Assembly (NCBI GenBank): GCA_016707895.1
Contig: JADJGV010000002.1
Location: forward strand, 655,695-719,694
Direction: 5' to 3'
Length of the DNA stretch: 64,000 nucleotides
Source of the DNA: Myxococcales bacterium
GTDB taxonomy: Bacteria > Myxococcota_A > Polyangia > Haliangiales > Haliangiaceae
In this document: one piece after another, positions 61,481 through 64,000 of the stretch
Numbering within the stretch: the stretch's first letter is position 1
How the letters are laid out: each line of letters begins with the position of its first letter
Translations under genes and position numbers: made by a program
Notes under the pieces: generated by a model
The model's database searches: none
What the model was told of the DNA's origin: nothing
The model's input: the letters and a program-made list of their open reading frames with translations, nothing else

Positions 61481-62383
61481 TTACCACCAGGCGGCGAGGG
61501 CCGCGGCCAGCGGGGCGGCGAGGCGCGCGACCTGGGCCGCGCCGATGCGCATCTCGGCGAACGGCGACCACGGATCGGCCAGCAGATCGCGGCGGACCTC
61601 TAGGCACAGCGTGCGGCCTGGCAGGGCGAGCACGTGGGCGTAGGCCTGGGTGCTGGGGTGGAGCGGATAGGTGGCGCCTCCGGCGACGTCGAGGCCGAGC
61701 GCGGTGGCGGCGGTGGTGAGGGCCGCGACGACGGCCGGCGGCGCGTGGTCGACGCCGTCGAGGGTGCGGGCGATGACGTCGAGCGCCGGGCGGAGCGGCC
61801 AGGTGTCGGCCCGATCGGGCGCGTAGGCGCGCCGCAGGTTGGGCACGATCTCGTGATCGACCTGCACGTCGACGGTGCGCGGCGCGTAGGTGTGCAGCAT
61901 TAGCATCGCGCCATCGGCGGCCAGCGCGGCGCGCGCGGCCATGACGGTGGCGACGTAGGCGTCGAACACGCCGCGCAAGAGCACGCGGTCGGCGTCGGTC
62001 GCGATCCACGGCATCAGCCCGGGGCCGACCTTGCCGGTGCGGAAGTCCTCGGGCGACGCGTCGATCTGCCGGTTGCAGTCGATGAACGTCCGCGGCACGC
62101 GGCAGCGGAGGATGAGGACGCTGCGGGTTGGCTGCGCTGCGACCAGCGCGTGCGCCGTGGCGGTGGCTAGCTCGGGCGCGCCGGCGTCGGTGTTGACGTG
62201 GAAGAAGTCGCTGAGGTCCGCCGGCAGCGGGCTCGTCAGCTGCGCCGCGTAGTGATCGTAGTCGGAGGTGCGCGTCGCGCCGTGCGGGATCTCGATCAGC
62301 AGATCGGGCGCGGGGCCGGCGGCCGCGCCGCGGATCAGCTCGACATCGACGACGTGGGGGATGGACGACGGCAGCGAAGTCAC
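61481..62383 (-). CDS. N-formylglutamate amidohydrolase (FGase) family protein
   Basis: LLIEIPHGATR ... DCNR motifs typical of the FGase/HutG-like zinc amidohydrolase family. 300 aa. Confidence 0.6.
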   Translation of the reverse strand: MTSLPSSIPHVVDVELIRGAAAGPAPDLLIEIPHGATRTSDYDHYAAQLTSPLPADLSDFFHVNTDAGAPELATATAHALVAAQPTRSVLILRCRVPRTFIDCNRQIDASPEDFRTGKVGPGLMPWIATDADRVLLRGVFDAYVATVMAARAALAADGAMLMLHTYAPRTVDVQVDHEIVPNLRRAYAPDRADTWPLRPALDVIARTLDGVDHAPPAVVAALTTAATALGLDVAGGATYPLHPSTQAYAHVLALPGRTLCLEVRRDLLADPWSPFAEMRIGAAQVARLAAPLAAALAAWW

Positions 62384-62831
62384 GCGGCCACGTTGCCATG
62401 AATCGGTGCTCCCCGGTTCACGCGATCGCGATCGCGATCCCGATCCGCGACACCGACCGCTGCTGGCCGACCTTGTTCACCAGCCGGCGGCGGGCCGCGA
62501 CAGCGCGTCTGGTTGCGGGATCGACGCGCGCATGCACCACCTCGGCGATGCGCGGCGTGAAGAATGCCGACGTCTACACGTTAGGCAAGCCCACGCAGCC
62601 CGATAGCCCCGGTCGACAGCACCTGGCCGCGCCCGCGACCCAGCGAGCCCGCAGCCGGCAGCAGGGCCCGGCAACGCCCATCCTGAAGGGGTCGCGTTCT
62701 CGCGCGACGCTCGACGCGGCGGTGGCCGAAGTGGCGCTCGTCGCTGACGGTGTACGCGTACCCGATCCCGCTGGCCGACACCGCCGAGGACTACTTCCAA
62801 CGGCATACGAGATGCGCCTTGCCTGCAAGCA

Positions 62832-62845
62832 AGTAAGTGCTTACT
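62832..62845. promoter_or_regulatory. Perfect inverted repeat AGTAAG-TG-CTTACT, putative TetR operator
   Basis: Palindrome lies 10 nt upstream of the TetR ATG (62855). Confidence 0.45.
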
Positions 62846-62854
62846 CTCCGGCGC

Positions 62855-63475
62855 ATGGGCGAGCTGCGGCGCACATCCTTGGATCGACAGGTCGAGCTGA
62901 CCGACGCCGCGCTGCACATCATCGCGACCAAGGGCATCGCGGCTCTGAGCACGCGCAGCCTCGCGGCGCAGGTCGGGCTCTCGAGCGGCGCGATCTTCAG
63001 GCACTTCGCATCCCTCGAGGCGCTGCTCGACGCGGTCGTGGCGCGCGTCGAGGCTGTGCTCGCGTCCACCTATCCGCCGTCGACGCTGCCTCCCGTGGAG
63101 CGCCTCGAACGCTTCGTCGAGGCTCGCAGCACCGCGGTGGGCAAGCAGCTCGGCATTCTGCGGCTCGTCCTCTCGGAGCAGTTCCTGCTCGCGCTCCCTC
63201 AGCGCGGCTCGGCCCGCCTGGCGGCCTGCGTGCAGCAGACGCGCGCGTTCGTGCTCGCGTGCGTTCGCGAGGGCCAGGACGCAGGCGCGCTGCGCTCAGA
63301 TCTCCCCGCCGAGACGCTCGTACCGATCGTCATGGGCACCGTGCAGGTGCTGGCGCTCTCGCCGTCGAAGCCTCGGCAGCGAGATGCCGAAGCGCGCGCA
63401 GTCCTGGGCAGCCTGCTCGCGCTCCTCCGTTCGCCCGCTGTCGCTCCCACGTCGAGCAGAAAGAGTTCCCCATGA
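62855..63475 (+). CDS. TetR-family transcriptional regulator
   Basis: N-terminal HTH (IAALSTRSLAAQVGLSSGAIFRHFASLEALL). 206 aa. Confidence 0.8.
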   Translation: MGELRRTSLDRQVELTDAALHIIATKGIAALSTRSLAAQVGLSSGAIFRHFASLEALLDAVVARVEAVLASTYPPSTLPPVERLERFVEARSTAVGKQLGILRLVLSEQFLLALPQRGSARLAACVQQTRAFVLACVREGQDAGALRSDLPAETLVPIVMGTVQVLALSPSKPRQRDAEARAVLGSLLALLRSPAVAPTSSRKSSP

Positions 63476-63909
63476 TGCGCCTGATTCTCGCCTCCACCGT
63501 CACGGTCGCTGCGCTGTCCCTTGGCGGCTGTGCCACGCCGTCCGCGGCGCCGCACCACGCACCCACGCTCGGCGGACCAGCCCGTCGCGTCGTCGAGCTC
63601 CCCGGCACGCCGAGCGCGGGCGAGCCGCGCGAGGTCCGGGTGCTCGTCGACGAGCCCGCGTTGAAGCTCGCGAGCATCGTGCTGCGGGCCGGCACCGTGC
63701 TGCCGACGCACCACTCCGAGGTGCCGGTGACGATCACGGCGCTTCACGGCAGCGGCACCGTGGTGGCCGGCGCCGAGCGGCTGCGCCTCGACCCCACCCA
63801 CGCGGTCGTCCTGGCGCCTGACGTTCCGCACGCCGTCGAGCCGGACCCCGGGACCGACCTCGTGCTGCTCGTGCATCACCTCGGACGTGGAGAGGAGCAT
63901 CACCAATGA
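63472..63909 (+). CDS. Cupin-domain lipoprotein
   Basis: ATGA overlap with the TetR stop. Lipobox LSLGGCATP. Cupin motifs (LPTHHSEVPVTITALHGSG ... HAV). Confidence 0.55.
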   Translation: MMRLILASTVTVAALSLGGCATPSAAPHHAPTLGGPARRVVELPGTPSAGEPREVRVLVDEPALKLASIVLRAGTVLPTHHSEVPVTITALHGSGTVVAGAERLRLDPTHAVVLAPDVPHAVEPDPGTDLVLLVHHLGRGEEHHQ

Positions 63910-64000
63910 AGACCGGTCGCTACAACGTCGGCGTGGGCCTGCTCGTCATGGCGGGCTTCATGCTGTACGGGTTCCTCCTCATCTACCTGCGTGACTTCGC
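63906..64000 (+). CDS. Membrane protein, 5' fragment (continues beyond window)
   Basis: ATGA overlap with the cupin stop. MKTGRYNVGVGLLVMAGFMLYGFLLIYL transmembrane helix. Confidence 0.35.
   Translation, partial: MKTGRYNVGVGLLVMAGFMLYGFLLIYLRDF

Overview
This is a high-GC (about 70%) chromosomal window, almost certainly from a myxobacterium: one protein carries a MYXO-CTERM-like C-terminal sorting tail, another is a eukaryotic-like Ser/Thr kinase, and many proteins are secreted lipoproteins. I found no rRNA or tRNA genes, no CRISPR array and no IS or integrase genes.

Gene content, left to right:
- **1-5.6 kb:** an exopolysaccharide locus with a Wzy/TPR protein (5' end lies outside the window), a Wzc-type tyrosine autokinase and a CapD/PglF-like sugar dehydratase.
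- **5.6-8.3 kb:** a cupredoxin-like lipoprotein and a Tat-secreted PhoD phosphatase.
- **8.3-21.8 kb:** an accessory segment with two paralogous loci. Each encodes a roughly 1,030-aa multidomain protein with an N-terminal DUF4157 HExxH zincin-like domain, a variable middle region and a conserved C-terminal domain. Each is translationally coupled (ATGA overlap) to a roughly 295-aa protein with a degenerate protein-kinase fold (pseudokinase). Copy 1 lies partly in lower-GC DNA and is followed by three coupled small genes. Copy 2 is followed by an AAA+ ATPase and a small beta-rich protein. The two loci share a conserved upstream promoter block.
- **21.8-29.4 kb:** a minus-strand operon (AKP-repeat protein, DUF72, SAM methyltransferase, ferritin-like protein, lipoprotein), a DUF362 lipoprotein, an HPF-like ribosome hibernation factor and a Cys-rich secreted protein.
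- **29.7-36.4 kb:** rpsB-tsf and pyrH-frr on the minus strand, separated by an inserted outer-membrane-protein gene and a MYXO-CTERM-like protein gene.
- **36.6-49.4 kb:** a TlpA-like thioredoxin, a membrane cytochrome c, a lipoprotein with RND-porter-like repeats, a bacterial cereblon-like (CULT) protein, an SNF2 helicase, a Ser/Thr kinase with TPR, pdxH, arfB and moaB.
- **50-62.4 kb:** a cluster of amidoligase-type genes. It contains three paralogous ATP-grasp proteins, a GCS2 (YbdK-like) ligase fused to CBS domains, a glutathionylspermidine-synthase-like ligase, two esterases, a peptidase E/GATase1-like protein, an N-formylglutamate amidohydrolase and a glycogen synthase.
- **62.8-64 kb:** a TetR regulator with its operator palindrome, a cupin lipoprotein and a partial membrane protein.

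Most long ORFs in the supplied track that run antisense to these genes are high-GC artefacts.
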